NCBI GenBank assembly: GCA_013911165.1
Contig: JACETR010000003.1
Coordinates: forward strand, 170 to 64,169
Origin: Planctomycetota bacterium
Lineage (GTDB): Bacteria; Planctomycetota; UBA8108; UBA1146
Direction: 5' to 3'
DNA: 64,000 bases
Under the pieces are notes generated by a model. The model worked only from the letters and a program-made list of their open reading frames with translations, was not told the origin of the DNA and made no database searches. Below are positions 20,157 through 29,188 of this stretch, one piece after another (the stretch's first letter is position 1; each line of letters begins with the position of its first letter). Made by a program: the position numbers and the translations under genes.

Positions 20157-20795
20157 TGGGTTGACTTCGTTAACAAACTGGTTTACAAACATTGGTGTCC
20201 CAAAGACCCAATTTTCCCGAGTTGGGCCTTTCATTGCTTTGGACACTCTTGGGAACAGTCGTGGCCATCTATTGAATCTCTTCCGGGTCCCTCACTCCTC
20301 ACTCCACTTAACCCGGGAGTGGTGTTCTTTGTCATGACTGTTCCCAAGGGTAATAATCCCGCCAGTTAAGCCTTGTCTGTCGGGAAAGGCAGGTCTGGCA
20401 ACTTTCTCGTCGGGTGGTTGGCAAGGACCGATAAGTCGATACAATCAGAGTTGCTCGGGCTCGAGAATTTGATCAAAAGGAGGACACTTTGCGGGTTTCC
20501 GTTATGGGAACTTTCCCGTGTCATTCTAAGGTCGATTGGGGCTTTCCCAGACGGTCGAGAGCCTCGAGGAGGTGGGAAGGTGTGCGTCGTGGAGACTTCC
20601 GGTCCCCCGGCGTGCACTTCATTTTCTTCCCGCCAGGTGTGGACAGGTATAGATGCTGAAAACATGAACCCTGTGAGCGATTTATCCGACGAGGTGTGTC
20701 GGTGCGGTTTATCAGGGTCTGGAAAAACAAGACAACTTTAATGGGGTGTGTCGGGGCGACAAGCCCTGGAGTGAGACCGAAAGGAACACACGATT

Positions 20796-22043
20796 ATGCT
20801 TCGATCGATGATGATCATGCTGACCATTGCAATGGCAGTTTCTTTTGTGCCTGCAGTTGCTATTGCGGGCGGTAGTGCATTTCAGTTCAGCCTGACTGGC
20901 GGTGCCGGTGCAGCAGGTGACAGCTTCACCTCTTCTGCGCTTTTGGACAATGCCGGTGGTGGAGACGTTCAGGGTTGGTCCTTCGGTGTCTGCAGTGACC
21001 CTGCAGCCCTGACCGTAGACGGAGCCGCCAGCGGTGCCGACACGGAGACCGCCAAGAACGGATCTGCTCCTGACTTCAACCAGATCAGTACTTTTGCTGA
21101 CGGTGCCACCCAGGGTGTGGTTCTCTGCTTCACCGGCTGTGCCGTGATCGGAGACACCTCCGGTTTCGAGATGCTGACGATCGATTACACGATCGCCGGT
21201 TCCTCTGACACCACCATCGACTACTGCGGAACTCTGGGAGCTCCCCCGGTGAACACCGTGGTCGTGGTTGGCGGAGCCAGCCTTGCTCCCGCCACCAGTG
21301 GTGGATTGATCGACGTGATCAACCCGAACCAGTTGAGCGCCTCCAGTGGAACCGCCGTCCTCGGTGACGCCGCTTCCACCACCGTGAGCTTCAACAACGT
21401 CAACTACCCGGCCATCGACGCCGTCCAGATTAACCTCGGATACGACAACACCGTCGTTTCTGCGGCTTCTGTCGACGCCGATTTCGCCTTCGAGACCTTC
21501 CTGGTTCAGGACTTCACCGGCAATGGTGGTGAGATTGTGGTTGGCGGCCTTGCCGACATCACTCCTCCTCTGGACGGACTGATTCCGGCCGGTGCCTCCA
21601 CCGACCTCTTCACCGTGACCTGGAACACCGACGCCGAGGGTACCTCCGCCATGACCTTCCCGGCCACCGCCGGTAGCCCGGCTCAGGATCTTCTCTTCGT
21701 TGCTGGTCAGTCCAGCCTGGAGACCCCGACCCTGATCGACGGTTCCCTGACCGTGGTGAACTTCAACCAGTTCCTGCGTTCCGACTGCAACAGTGACGGA
21801 ACCGTCAACATTGCGGACGGTGTTTACGGTATCAACTACCTCTTCCAGGGTGGTGCTGATCCGGTCTGTGACGACGCCTGTGACTCCAATGACGACGGTG
21901 CCATCGACGCCGCCGACATGATCTACATCTTCAACTACCGCTTCCTTGAGGGCCCGGCTCCGCTGGCACCCTTCCCGAGTGCGGACCTCGACCCGACCCC
22001 GGGCGACGGACTGGGATGTGACGGCGACGCCGACGATCTGTAG
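20796..22043 (+). CDS. Secreted protein with two cohesin-like beta-sandwich modules (tentative) and a C-terminal dockerin-like module
   Basis: 415-aa ORF with signal peptide MLRSMMIMLTIAMAVSFVPAVAIAGG. Cohesin-like core strings are DVQGWSFGVCSDPAALTV...VVLCF...FEMLTIDYTI and IDAVQINLGYDNTVVSAASV...LFTVTWNT. The tail is FLRSDCNSDGTVNIADGVYGINYLF...VCDDACDSNDDGAIDAADMIYIFNYRF. The CDS call is solid; the cohesin assignment needs HMM or structure confirmation. Confidence 0.6.
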   Translation: MLRSMMIMLTIAMAVSFVPAVAIAGGSAFQFSLTGGAGAAGDSFTSSALLDNAGGGDVQGWSFGVCSDPAALTVDGAASGADTETAKNGSAPDFNQISTFADGATQGVVLCFTGCAVIGDTSGFEMLTIDYTIAGSSDTTIDYCGTLGAPPVNTVVVVGGASLAPATSGGLIDVINPNQLSASSGTAVLGDAASTTVSFNNVNYPAIDAVQINLGYDNTVVSAASVDADFAFETFLVQDFTGNGGEIVVGGLADITPPLDGLIPAGASTDLFTVTWNTDAEGTSAMTFPATAGSPAQDLLFVAGQSSLETPTLIDGSLTVVNFNQFLRSDCNSDGTVNIADGVYGINYLFQGGADPVCDDACDSNDDGAIDAADMIYIFNYRFLEGPAPLAPFPSADLDPTPGDGLGCDGDADDL

Positions 22044-22067
22044 AAATCACTGATTTCGAAACAAGAA

Positions 22068-22100
22068 GGCCGCTCGATCGATGATCGAGCGGCCTTTTTT
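22068..22100 (+). terminator. Rho-independent terminator after the cohesin-like gene (may also serve convergent hemL)
   Basis: ggccgctcgatc (22068-22079), loop gat, gatcgagcggcc (22083-22094), then TTTTTT (22095-22100). Confidence 0.85.
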
Positions 22101-22132
22101 CTTGTGTATTTTTGAAGTGATACCGAAGTGTT

Positions 22133-23449
22133 TTAAAGTTTCAGTTTGCCGATGGCCTCAGCAGTGAATTCGATATCTTCGGCAGTGTGTGCGAGTGAGA
22201 CAAAGCCCGCTTCATACGAAGAGGGGGCGATGGCCACACCTTCGGCGAGCAAGCCGTGGAAGAACTTCTTGAACAGCTCCACATCTCCCTGAGAGGCGTC
22301 ATGAAAGTTGTTCACCGTTTTCGCAGTGAAGAAGAGGCCGAACATCGATCCGACCCGATGCCATGAGTGGGGGATGCCATGCTGGTCCAGAGCCTCTTTC
22401 CACAGCTGGTGCAGTTGGGCTGAACGCTGATCCAGAGTGTTGTAGATCTCGTCTGAATCACTGCGCAGCCGCTTGAGCAGGGCGATTCCAGCGGCCACCG
22501 ACAGTGGGTTGCCACTGAGGGTTCCTGCCTGATAGACCGCACCGGTCGGAGAGAAATGCTCCATGTATTTCTGGGGTCCGCAGACGACCCCCATGGGCAT
22601 GCCACCACCGACAATTTTGCCCAGAGTGGTCAGGTCAGGAGTGACCCCGAGCAGACCTTGTGCGCATTGGGGGCTGACCCGGAAACCGGTCATGACCTCG
22701 TCAAAGACGAGCAGGGATCCATGTTTGTCACAAAGGTCTCTCAGCCCCTCCAGGAATCCCTCAACCGGTGGGACGCAGCCCATGTTGCCTGCGATCGGCT
22801 CGACGAAGATGGCTGCCACATCCGATCCGTGTTCCTGCATCAGGGATTCCACTGCAGCCAGGTCATTGAAGGGGGCAACCAGGGTCAGGTTGGCAGTGGC
22901 CTCGGGAACACCCGGGCTCGACGGATGGCCATGGGTTGCGGCACCGGATCCTGCGGCCACGAGGAAAGAATCGCCGTGTCCGTGGTAGCAGCCTTCAAAC
23001 TTGATGAAGAGTGATCGGCCGGTGATGCCCCGTGCCAATCGCAATGCGGACATCGTCGCCTCGGTTCCACTGGAGGTCAGGCGAGCCATTTCTGCGGACG
23101 GAACCATATCGACGATCAGCTCCGCGATTTCTACCTCTGCGGCAGTGGGCGCGCCAAAGGAGGTGCCATGGACAGCGGTCCTGGCGATCGCCTCCAGAAT
23201 CTCCGGATGGGCATGGCCCAGAATCATGGGGCCCCAGGAGCCGACGAAGTCGATGTACTCCCGGTTGTCTTCATCGAGGATTCGGCAGCCTTTGGCGGAG
23301 CGGATGAAGCGGGGAGTCCCCCCCACAGATCCAAAGGCGCGGACGGGGCTGTTGACCCCCCCGGGAATCAGCTTTTTTGCGCGGTCGAAGAGGGACTGGT
23401 TACCGTGACCGGCGGCATCGTTGAGTGATTCACTGTCATTGACGTTCAT
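22133..23449 (-). CDS. hemL: Glutamate-1-semialdehyde 2,1-aminomutase
   Basis: ORF 22133..23512 (-), with the start moved to MNVNDSES (ATG ending at 23449, preceded by GGGAGAG). Class-III aminotransferase/GSA-AM pattern: LIPGGVNSPVRAF, YIDFVGSWGPMILGH, LVFDEVMTGFR, GKIVGGGMP. Confidence 0.93.
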   Translation of the reverse strand: MNVNDSESLNDAAGHGNQSLFDRAKKLIPGGVNSPVRAFGSVGGTPRFIRSAKGCRILDEDNREYIDFVGSWGPMILGHAHPEILEAIARTAVHGTSFGAPTAAEVEIAELIVDMVPSAEMARLTSSGTEATMSALRLARGITGRSLFIKFEGCYHGHGDSFLVAAGSGAATHGHPSSPGVPEATANLTLVAPFNDLAAVESLMQEHGSDVAAIFVEPIAGNMGCVPPVEGFLEGLRDLCDKHGSLLVFDEVMTGFRVSPQCAQGLLGVTPDLTTLGKIVGGGMPMGVVCGPQKYMEHFSPTGAVYQAGTLSGNPLSVAAGIALLKRLRSDSDEIYNTLDQRSAQLHQLWKEALDQHGIPHSWHRVGSMFGLFFTAKTVNNFHDASQGDVELFKKFFHGLLAEGVAIAPSSYEAGFVSLAHTAEDIEFTAEAIGKLKL

Positions 23450-23640
23450 CGTGCTCTCCCTGCTGTCAATTTCCGGAAGTATATCCGCCACCGCTTCGAG
23501 GGGTACCCACACTACGGAGGCAGAGAGTAAAGAAGCAAGAGCACAGCGGTCCTCCCGCTCCTGAAATCTGTACGTTAAAGAGTGGCAACTACCTCTGGTT
23601 CGGGGGGGTGGATACGATGTGCGGGCGAAACGGAGTTGAA

Positions 23641-25350
23641 ATGAAACTGATACTTTTGGTGATGGTCCTTCTGCTGGTCAGTGCCCGGGTCTGTGGCGGG
23701 GGTGATCGGGTTTTCGGTCTGCCTCTGGCGACCCGTTCTCCTGCTCTGGCCAAAAATGGCATGGCCGCGACGAGTCAGCCGTTGGCCACGGATGCGGCCC
23801 TCGACATTCTCAAGGCCGGGGGCAATGCCATCGATGCTGCCATCGCTGCCAATGCCTGCCTTGGATTGATGGAACCGACCGGCTGCGGCATCGGCGGCGA
23901 CCTCTTTGCCATCGTCTGGGATGCGGAGGAGAGCAAACTTCATGGTTACAACGGTTCCGGAAGATCTCCTGGCGGTTTGACTCTGGAAAAGCTGAAGGAA
24001 GAACTCTCCGATCGCGGTCTCGATGAGATTCCGGCTCATGGAACCCTGCCCATCTCTGTTCCGGGTTGTGTGGACGGCTGGATCAGTCTTCATGAAAAGT
24101 TTGGAAAATTGCCCCTTGAGAAAGTGCTGGAGCCGGCGATTCGGCATGCCCGCGAGGGGTTCCCTGTCTCGCAGGTGATCGCTTACTACTGGCAGGCCAG
24201 TGTTCGCAAACTCGAGCCACAGCCAGGGTTCATGGAGACATTCACCCGCGACGGCCGTGCTCCTGTGGAAGGAGAGCTGTGGAAGAATCCCGACCTTGCA
24301 CAGAGTTACGAGCGGATTGCCAAAGAGGGTCGCGCCGGCTTCTACAAAGGTGAAGTGGCCGAGAGGATGGCCCGATTTGTTCAAGAGCATGGTGGCTATC
24401 TCACGGTGGAGGATCTCGCTTCCCACCGGGGAGAGTGGGTCGAGCCGGTGAGTACCAACTATCGCGGTGTGGACGTATGGCAGCTGCCCCCCAATGGGCA
24501 GGGGCTCGCTGTCTTGCAGATCCTGAACATCATGGAGGGGTATCCGGTAAGGGATTGGGGCTTCGGCAGTACTGAGCTGTTGCATCACTTCATCGAAGCG
24601 AAAAAACAGGTTTTCGAGGATCGTGCCCGGGATTACGTCGATCCGGATTTTCACAAGGTACCGATCAGGGATCTGATCTCCAGGGAGAGAGCCGCTCTGC
24701 AGAGAAGTGCGATCTCTTCAGAGAAGGCCGCCCGGTCCATCGATACCGGCAGGGCACAAACCCGTGATGGAGACACGGTCTACCTGTCCGTAGCGGACTC
24801 GGATGGAAACATGATCTCGCTGATCCAAAGCAACTATCGCGGAATTGGCAGCGGCGTTTGCCCACCGGGTCTCGGGTTTGGTTTGCAGGACCGGGGTGAA
24901 CTTTTTTCGCTGGATAAAGAGCACGCCAACGTCTACGAGCCTGGAAAGCGTCCTTTTCATACCATCATTCCCGGCTTTGCCTTCCGGGACGGAAAGCCCT
25001 GGCTTTCATTTGGAGTGATGGGAGGGGCAACCCAGCCTCAGGCACAGGCATGGGTCTTGCTGAACATGATCGATTTCGACATGAATCTGCAAGAGGCGGG
25101 AGACGCTCCCAGAGTCGTTCATGTCGGTTCTTCACAGCCCACCGGTTTTGTCATGAAAGATGGTGGAGAGGTGGCCATCGAAAGCGGCGTCTCTGCAGAC
25201 GTTATCGCCGAGTTGGAAAAACGGGGGCACGTCATTTCCAAAAAGCGGGGGCTCTTTGGTGGTTACCAGGCAGTGATGCGCGATCTCAAACACGGGACGT
25301 GGGTTGGAGCCAGTGAGTCGAGAAAGGATGGCCATGCGGCAGGGTATTAA
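23641..25350 (+). CDS. ggt: Gamma-glutamyltranspeptidase
   Basis: ORF 23608..25350, with the start at ATG 23641 (MKLILLVMVLLLVSA signal). GGT motifs: ATSQPLATDAALDILKAGGNAIDAA, CGIGGDLFA, DTVYLSVADSDGNMIS (the autoprocessing Thr region), PFHTIIP, FGVMGG. Confidence 0.92.
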   Translation: MKLILLVMVLLLVSARVCGGGDRVFGLPLATRSPALAKNGMAATSQPLATDAALDILKAGGNAIDAAIAANACLGLMEPTGCGIGGDLFAIVWDAEESKLHGYNGSGRSPGGLTLEKLKEELSDRGLDEIPAHGTLPISVPGCVDGWISLHEKFGKLPLEKVLEPAIRHAREGFPVSQVIAYYWQASVRKLEPQPGFMETFTRDGRAPVEGELWKNPDLAQSYERIAKEGRAGFYKGEVAERMARFVQEHGGYLTVEDLASHRGEWVEPVSTNYRGVDVWQLPPNGQGLAVLQILNIMEGYPVRDWGFGSTELLHHFIEAKKQVFEDRARDYVDPDFHKVPIRDLISRERAALQRSAISSEKAARSIDTGRAQTRDGDTVYLSVADSDGNMISLIQSNYRGIGSGVCPPGLGFGLQDRGELFSLDKEHANVYEPGKRPFHTIIPGFAFRDGKPWLSFGVMGGATQPQAQAWVLLNMIDFDMNLQEAGDAPRVVHVGSSQPTGFVMKDGGEVAIESGVSADVIAELEKRGHVISKKRGLFGGYQAVMRDLKHGTWVGASESRKDGHAAGY

Positions 25351-26596
25351 TCTTCTGATTTCTTCGCTTTGGATACCGATCTTCGTTGTGATCATCGTAT
25401 GGAGTTTCGGGGCCGATCAGAATGAAGCCCGATCCATAAAGATACAGCAGGTTGAGGTCCCCTGTCTCCCCGGTGGAGCCTTGCCATCCCTGACCCTGAA
25501 TCAATCAGGAATCCCGCTGATTTCCTGGGTCGACCGGGAAGCGGACGGAGCCGCTGTTCTGAAGTTTGCCAAGTGGCAAGGCAACGAATGGTCGCCGCCG
25601 CGGGAAATCGTTCGTGGAAAAACATGGTTCGTCAACTGGGCTGACTACCCAACGATGGCAGTTTTGGATGATGGGACTCTGGCGGTCCATTGGCTCGACA
25701 AAATTTCCTCTGATACCTATGCCTATGGAATCAAGATCTCCCTCTCCAGAGATGGCGGTGAAACCTGGAGTGATCCGGTGATTCCGCATTCTGACCGTTC
25801 ACCTTCGGAGCATGGTTTTCTCTCTCTGAAATCAGTGGGCGAGCGTTTTCATCTGGCTTGGCTTGATGGTCGTGAAACGCTGAAGGGCAAACCGATGACC
25901 CTGCGCTCACGATATTTGTCTGCCGATGGAACGATGTCAGATGAGATTCTTCTCGACGAATCGGTCTGTGATTGTTGCCCCGTGGATGCGGTGGTCGGCA
26001 AAGATGGTGTGGTGACTTTTTATCGCGACAGAGACCACATGGAAGTCAGGGACATCGCCTGGATAGAACAGGGGGTCTCCGACGGGAAGCCTGTCAGCTC
26101 GTCGCTGGTTCATGATGACCAATGGATCCAGCCGGGTTGTCCCGTGAATGGCCCTGCGGTTGCAGGCGACAGCGGACAGTGGGTCGCCGTCTGGTACACC
26201 GAATCCGGAAGCATGACAGCGAAAGACCGGGGCGCCGTCTTTCTGCGGAGCCTGGACACTGCCGAGGAGCGGTATGGAAAAGTGCACAGAATCGATGCCG
26301 GCAACCCTCTGGGGAGAGTGGATGTCTGCCAGGGTACAGACGATCGCTTCCTGATCTGCTGGATGGAAGAAGTGGATGGCAAGGCGGAGGTTTCAGTCAG
26401 ACCCTGGAAGTTGGGATCCCTGACCGAAAACCGGTGGGTGGTGGCGGAGACATCCGCTGGCAGGAAAAGCGGGTTTCCGCAGATCGTGCAGATTCCCGGC
26501 ACTCAGCAGGCACTGGTTGCCTACACCGTCTTTGACGAAGGAAATCTCAGCAGGGTGGAAACGGCATGGCTCAATTGGGGTCAAAATCAGCCCTGA
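25334..26596 (+). CDS. BNR/Asp-box repeat (sialidase-like beta-propeller) membrane-anchored protein, function unknown
   Basis: ORF 25304..26596. ATG 25334 follows AAGGA and gives MRQGINLLISSLWIPIFVVIIVW (a transmembrane anchor). There is one clear Asp-box, SLSRDGGETWSD. It overlaps the ggt stop by ~17 nt. Confidence 0.6.
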   Translation: MRQGINLLISSLWIPIFVVIIVWSFGADQNEARSIKIQQVEVPCLPGGALPSLTLNQSGIPLISWVDREADGAAVLKFAKWQGNEWSPPREIVRGKTWFVNWADYPTMAVLDDGTLAVHWLDKISSDTYAYGIKISLSRDGGETWSDPVIPHSDRSPSEHGFLSLKSVGERFHLAWLDGRETLKGKPMTLRSRYLSADGTMSDEILLDESVCDCCPVDAVVGKDGVVTFYRDRDHMEVRDIAWIEQGVSDGKPVSSSLVHDDQWIQPGCPVNGPAVAGDSGQWVAVWYTESGSMTAKDRGAVFLRSLDTAEERYGKVHRIDAGNPLGRVDVCQGTDDRFLICWMEEVDGKAEVSVRPWKLGSLTENRWVVAETSAGRKSGFPQIVQIPGTQQALVAYTVFDEGNLSRVETAWLNWGQNQP

Positions 26597-26689
26597 GGTG
26601 TTCAGGGAACTGTCCGTCATTGCCTTTCGTCCTTGTCACTGCGGAAGGCAGGGATAGGCTGGAAGGCTCAACAAAGCAGAGGGGTACCC

Positions 26690-27682
26690 ATGGATCACCT
26701 GAATAAGCCGGAAGAGGAAATCTCCGAATCCAATTATCTGAACCGACGGGATATTCTTCGTGGTCTCGGATACGGAGCCGCCGGATTGACCGCTCTCTCG
26801 GTTCCCGGTTTCCTTCGCGGCATGAACGGTTCACTACTGCTCGACGACGAAGCGGTCAAGGAAGCATTCAAGCCGGCAATAGGAGACCTGCACTCAGACC
26901 TGTTCCCTGCCAAAAAGTCGAAAGCCTACTCGATTGCACCGAGGACCCTGACAGAAGAGAAAGTGGCTTCCACCTACAACAACTTCTATGAGTTTACGAC
27001 GGTCAAGAATCGTGTCTGGCAAATGGCCAGGGGATTCAAGGCGACGCCCTGGAAGATTGACGTCGGAGGCGCAGTCGAGAAAGAGTTCACTCTCGATCTG
27101 GAAGATCTTCTCAAGTTGGCTCCCCTCGAAGAACGCACATATCGTTTTCGATGTGTCGAAACGTGGGCGATGCAGGTTCCGTGGACCGGTTACCCCTTGA
27201 GCAAGTTGATCGATCGTTGCAAGCCACTGGGCAAGGCCAAGTACATCAAGTTTGTTTCGATCCTCGATAAAGACCGGCTTCCAGGGCAATCAGACCCGCA
27301 GTGGCCATGGCCTTACTTCGAAGCTCTCCGTCTCGATGAGGCACGTCATGATCTGGCGATGGTCTGCGTGGGAATCTTTGGCCACGCTCTGCCGATGCAG
27401 TTCGGAGCTCCCTGGCGTGTGATCGTTCCGTGGAAGTACGGTTACAAGTCACCGAAATCCATCGTGCGGATCGAGTTCACTGAAGAGAAACCGAGTACCT
27501 TCTGGAACTCTGCGATTCCGAATGAGTACGGGTTCTATTCGAATGTCGACCCTTCAAAGCCGCACCCACGCTGGAGTCAGGCGATGGAGAGAGATATCGG
27601 AACCGGCAAGCGTCGACCGACCCTGCTCTACAATGGATACGCCGAGCAGGTGGCCAGCCTCTACAAGGGGGACGAACACTGA
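26690..27682 (+). CDS. msrP: Protein-methionine-sulfoxide reductase catalytic (molybdopterin) subunit
   Basis: ORF 26633..27682, with the start at ATG 26690. Tat-like signal RRDILRGLGYGAAGL. YedY/MsrP pattern: YNNFYEFTT, PWKIDVGG, RTYRFRCVETWAMQVPWTGYPL, PWKYGYKSPKSIV. Confidence 0.88.
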   Translation: MDHLNKPEEEISESNYLNRRDILRGLGYGAAGLTALSVPGFLRGMNGSLLLDDEAVKEAFKPAIGDLHSDLFPAKKSKAYSIAPRTLTEEKVASTYNNFYEFTTVKNRVWQMARGFKATPWKIDVGGAVEKEFTLDLEDLLKLAPLEERTYRFRCVETWAMQVPWTGYPLSKLIDRCKPLGKAKYIKFVSILDKDRLPGQSDPQWPWPYFEALRLDEARHDLAMVCVGIFGHALPMQFGAPWRVIVPWKYGYKSPKSIVRIEFTEEKPSTFWNSAIPNEYGFYSNVDPSKPHPRWSQAMERDIGTGKRRPTLLYNGYAEQVASLYKGDEH

Positions 27683-27695
27683 GCCTGTTTTCAGG

Positions 27696-28541
27696 TCAGG
27701 AAAAAGAATCTGCAGGCCAAAGTTCGTCGACCAGGTCGCCGATGGTCCCGGTTTCATTGCTGCCGATGATCCTGTCTGCCACATTTTTCAGTTCGTCCAT
27801 GGCATTGCCCATCGCCACTCCGAGCCCTGCTTCCGTCACCATAGGCAGATCATTGGTGGCATCTCCGATGGCCACCACCTCTTCCGGAGAAATCCCTTCC
27901 TCTTCTTGAAGATAGATCAGCGCTTCTTTCTTACCTTCGCAGGGAGGTTGGATATCGACGACCTTGAGGGGACTGTCCCGGAGTTCTGGCAAAAGGCTCA
28001 GGGGAAACCATGTCATGTAGGCATCGGCGTCATGAATCGCTCTGATTTCTTCTGCAAACTCTGCGGCATTTTCGTGGCGCTCAGAGAAAACGGAGAGACG
28101 GATCGGTTTTTCGAGGCGCAACTCTTCTTCGCTGACGAGGTCGATGTGGGTCATGTCATGCAGTGGGAATTCAAGGACCTGGGGTCTTGCTGTGAATGCC
28201 CGCTTTGTCTGTGCACACATCACGATGGGCATGAGATCTTCCCGGTGGGCGAAATCCAGAATGACGTCGAGTTGTTCCGCATCGATCAGACGTTCGCGGA
28301 TCAACCTGCGATCCTTGGGGCACCAGAGTGCGGCTCCGTTGTAGATGATGGTGGGCAGGTGAATGCCGAGATCGTCGATGGTCGGTGCCGCAGATTTTTC
28401 GGATCTGCCAGTGGCGACCATGACCCGGATCCCCTGGTCGTGAATTCTGTGCAAAGCTGCACGGGTGTGGGGGTGGATGACCCCATCATCGGAAACCAGT
28501 GTGCCGTCCAGATCGAGGATTATGGCCCTGTGACGTTGCAT
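27696..28541 (-). CDS. Cof-type HAD-IIB family hydrolase (sugar-phosphatase-like)
   Basis: ORF 27696..28595 (-), with the start at MQRHRAIILDLDGTLV (ATG ending at 28541, preceded by AGGAGAG). HAD motifs: DLDGTL, VATGR, GDATNDLPM. Confidence 0.85.
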   Translation of the reverse strand: MQRHRAIILDLDGTLVSDDGVIHPHTRAALHRIHDQGIRVMVATGRSEKSAAPTIDDLGIHLPTIIYNGAALWCPKDRRLIRERLIDAEQLDVILDFAHREDLMPIVMCAQTKRAFTARPQVLEFPLHDMTHIDLVSEEELRLEKPIRLSVFSERHENAAEFAEEIRAIHDADAYMTWFPLSLLPELRDSPLKVVDIQPPCEGKKEALIYLQEEEGISPEEVVAIGDATNDLPMVTEAGLGVAMGNAMDELKNVADRIIGSNETGTIGDLVDELWPADSFS

Positions 28542-28722
28542 GTTTCTCTCCTGCTCCACGATCGGGATGTTGCGGTCTGAGTCCCCTTTGGGCAAGGCTT
28601 CGGAATGACTTCAATGGCGGGGCTGACCTGTTTAGGATGGGATCAGAAGTGCTGGAGAACGACTGTGAGGATTGGAATCCCACAGGCGGAGCCACGGAAT
28701 CGGCAACGGGAGGAGCCCCACG

Positions 28723-28962
28723 ATGACCAGTCACGCAGAAAACGGTTTGAAAGTGATCGCCGTCTCTCTCGGCAAGGGAAAAGTCGCCTGGAAGGTTGAC
28801 TTTCCACCGGTAGGCCTCAAGGATTCGCGCCTGAAGGGCCATTGGGAATCTCTCGAGGAAGCTTTGACGGTCCTGAAAAATTCCTGCAATAAATCGGAAG
28901 TAGACCCGGAAACGGCTTCAATGGCCGATGAACACTGTCCAGATACTCCCTGGGCGAGCTGA
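28723..28962 (+). CDS. Small hypothetical protein (79 aa)
   Basis: The internal ATG of ORF 28672..28962 is preceded by GGGAGGAG (28708-28715) with a 7-nt spacer. It sits in an otherwise empty 647-bp divergent region between the HAD gene and pckA. I recognise no similarity. Confidence 0.35.
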   Translation: MTSHAENGLKVIAVSLGKGKVAWKVDFPPVGLKDSRLKGHWESLEEALTVLKNSCNKSEVDPETASMADEHCPDTPWAS

Positions 28963-29188
28963 CCAAAACTGGGCGGATTTACTCGCAAGAGTGGTCATCC
29001 TTGGGGAAAATACTGGAATATCGGAGAGCCGCTCTTGCCGGAATTGCCCCGCTCAAACGGGGAAACAGGTATTCTGCGGTTGAGTTGAAATCGTCCCCGC
29101 CCGGGCCTGTTGAGTCTGGAACGGGATCATTGCCAGAGGATCCCTTCAAAGAGGTCGATCCCTGCCAAGAGGAAGGTAAAGGAGAGGC

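Noticed and set aside
20157-20795. A housekeeping ncRNA (RNase P RNA, tmRNA, SRP/4.5S, 6S) or a c-di-GMP/cobalamin riboswitch in the long gap upstream of the cohesin-like gene.
   Set aside because: I could not find the conserved cores on either strand. Examples are GAGGAAAGUCCGGGC for RNase P, the tRNA-like GGUUCGAAUCC...CCA end of tmRNA, the SRP GGAA/AGCA motif context, and the B12 box. The region is reported only as an unexplained long non-coding stretch.
6170-22043. Interpreting the dockerin/cohesin-like genes as a classical cellulosome.
   Set aside because: The window contains no glycoside hydrolases, CBMs or SLH anchoring proteins. The dockerin-bearing proteins are adhesin-like giants and an EEP enzyme. 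Only the module logic, not the cellulolytic function, is proposed.
23575-24654. 359-aa minus-strand ORF overlapping ggt.
   Set aside because: The plus-strand frame carries unmistakable gamma-glutamyltranspeptidase motifs over the same bases. The antisense product has no recognisable features.
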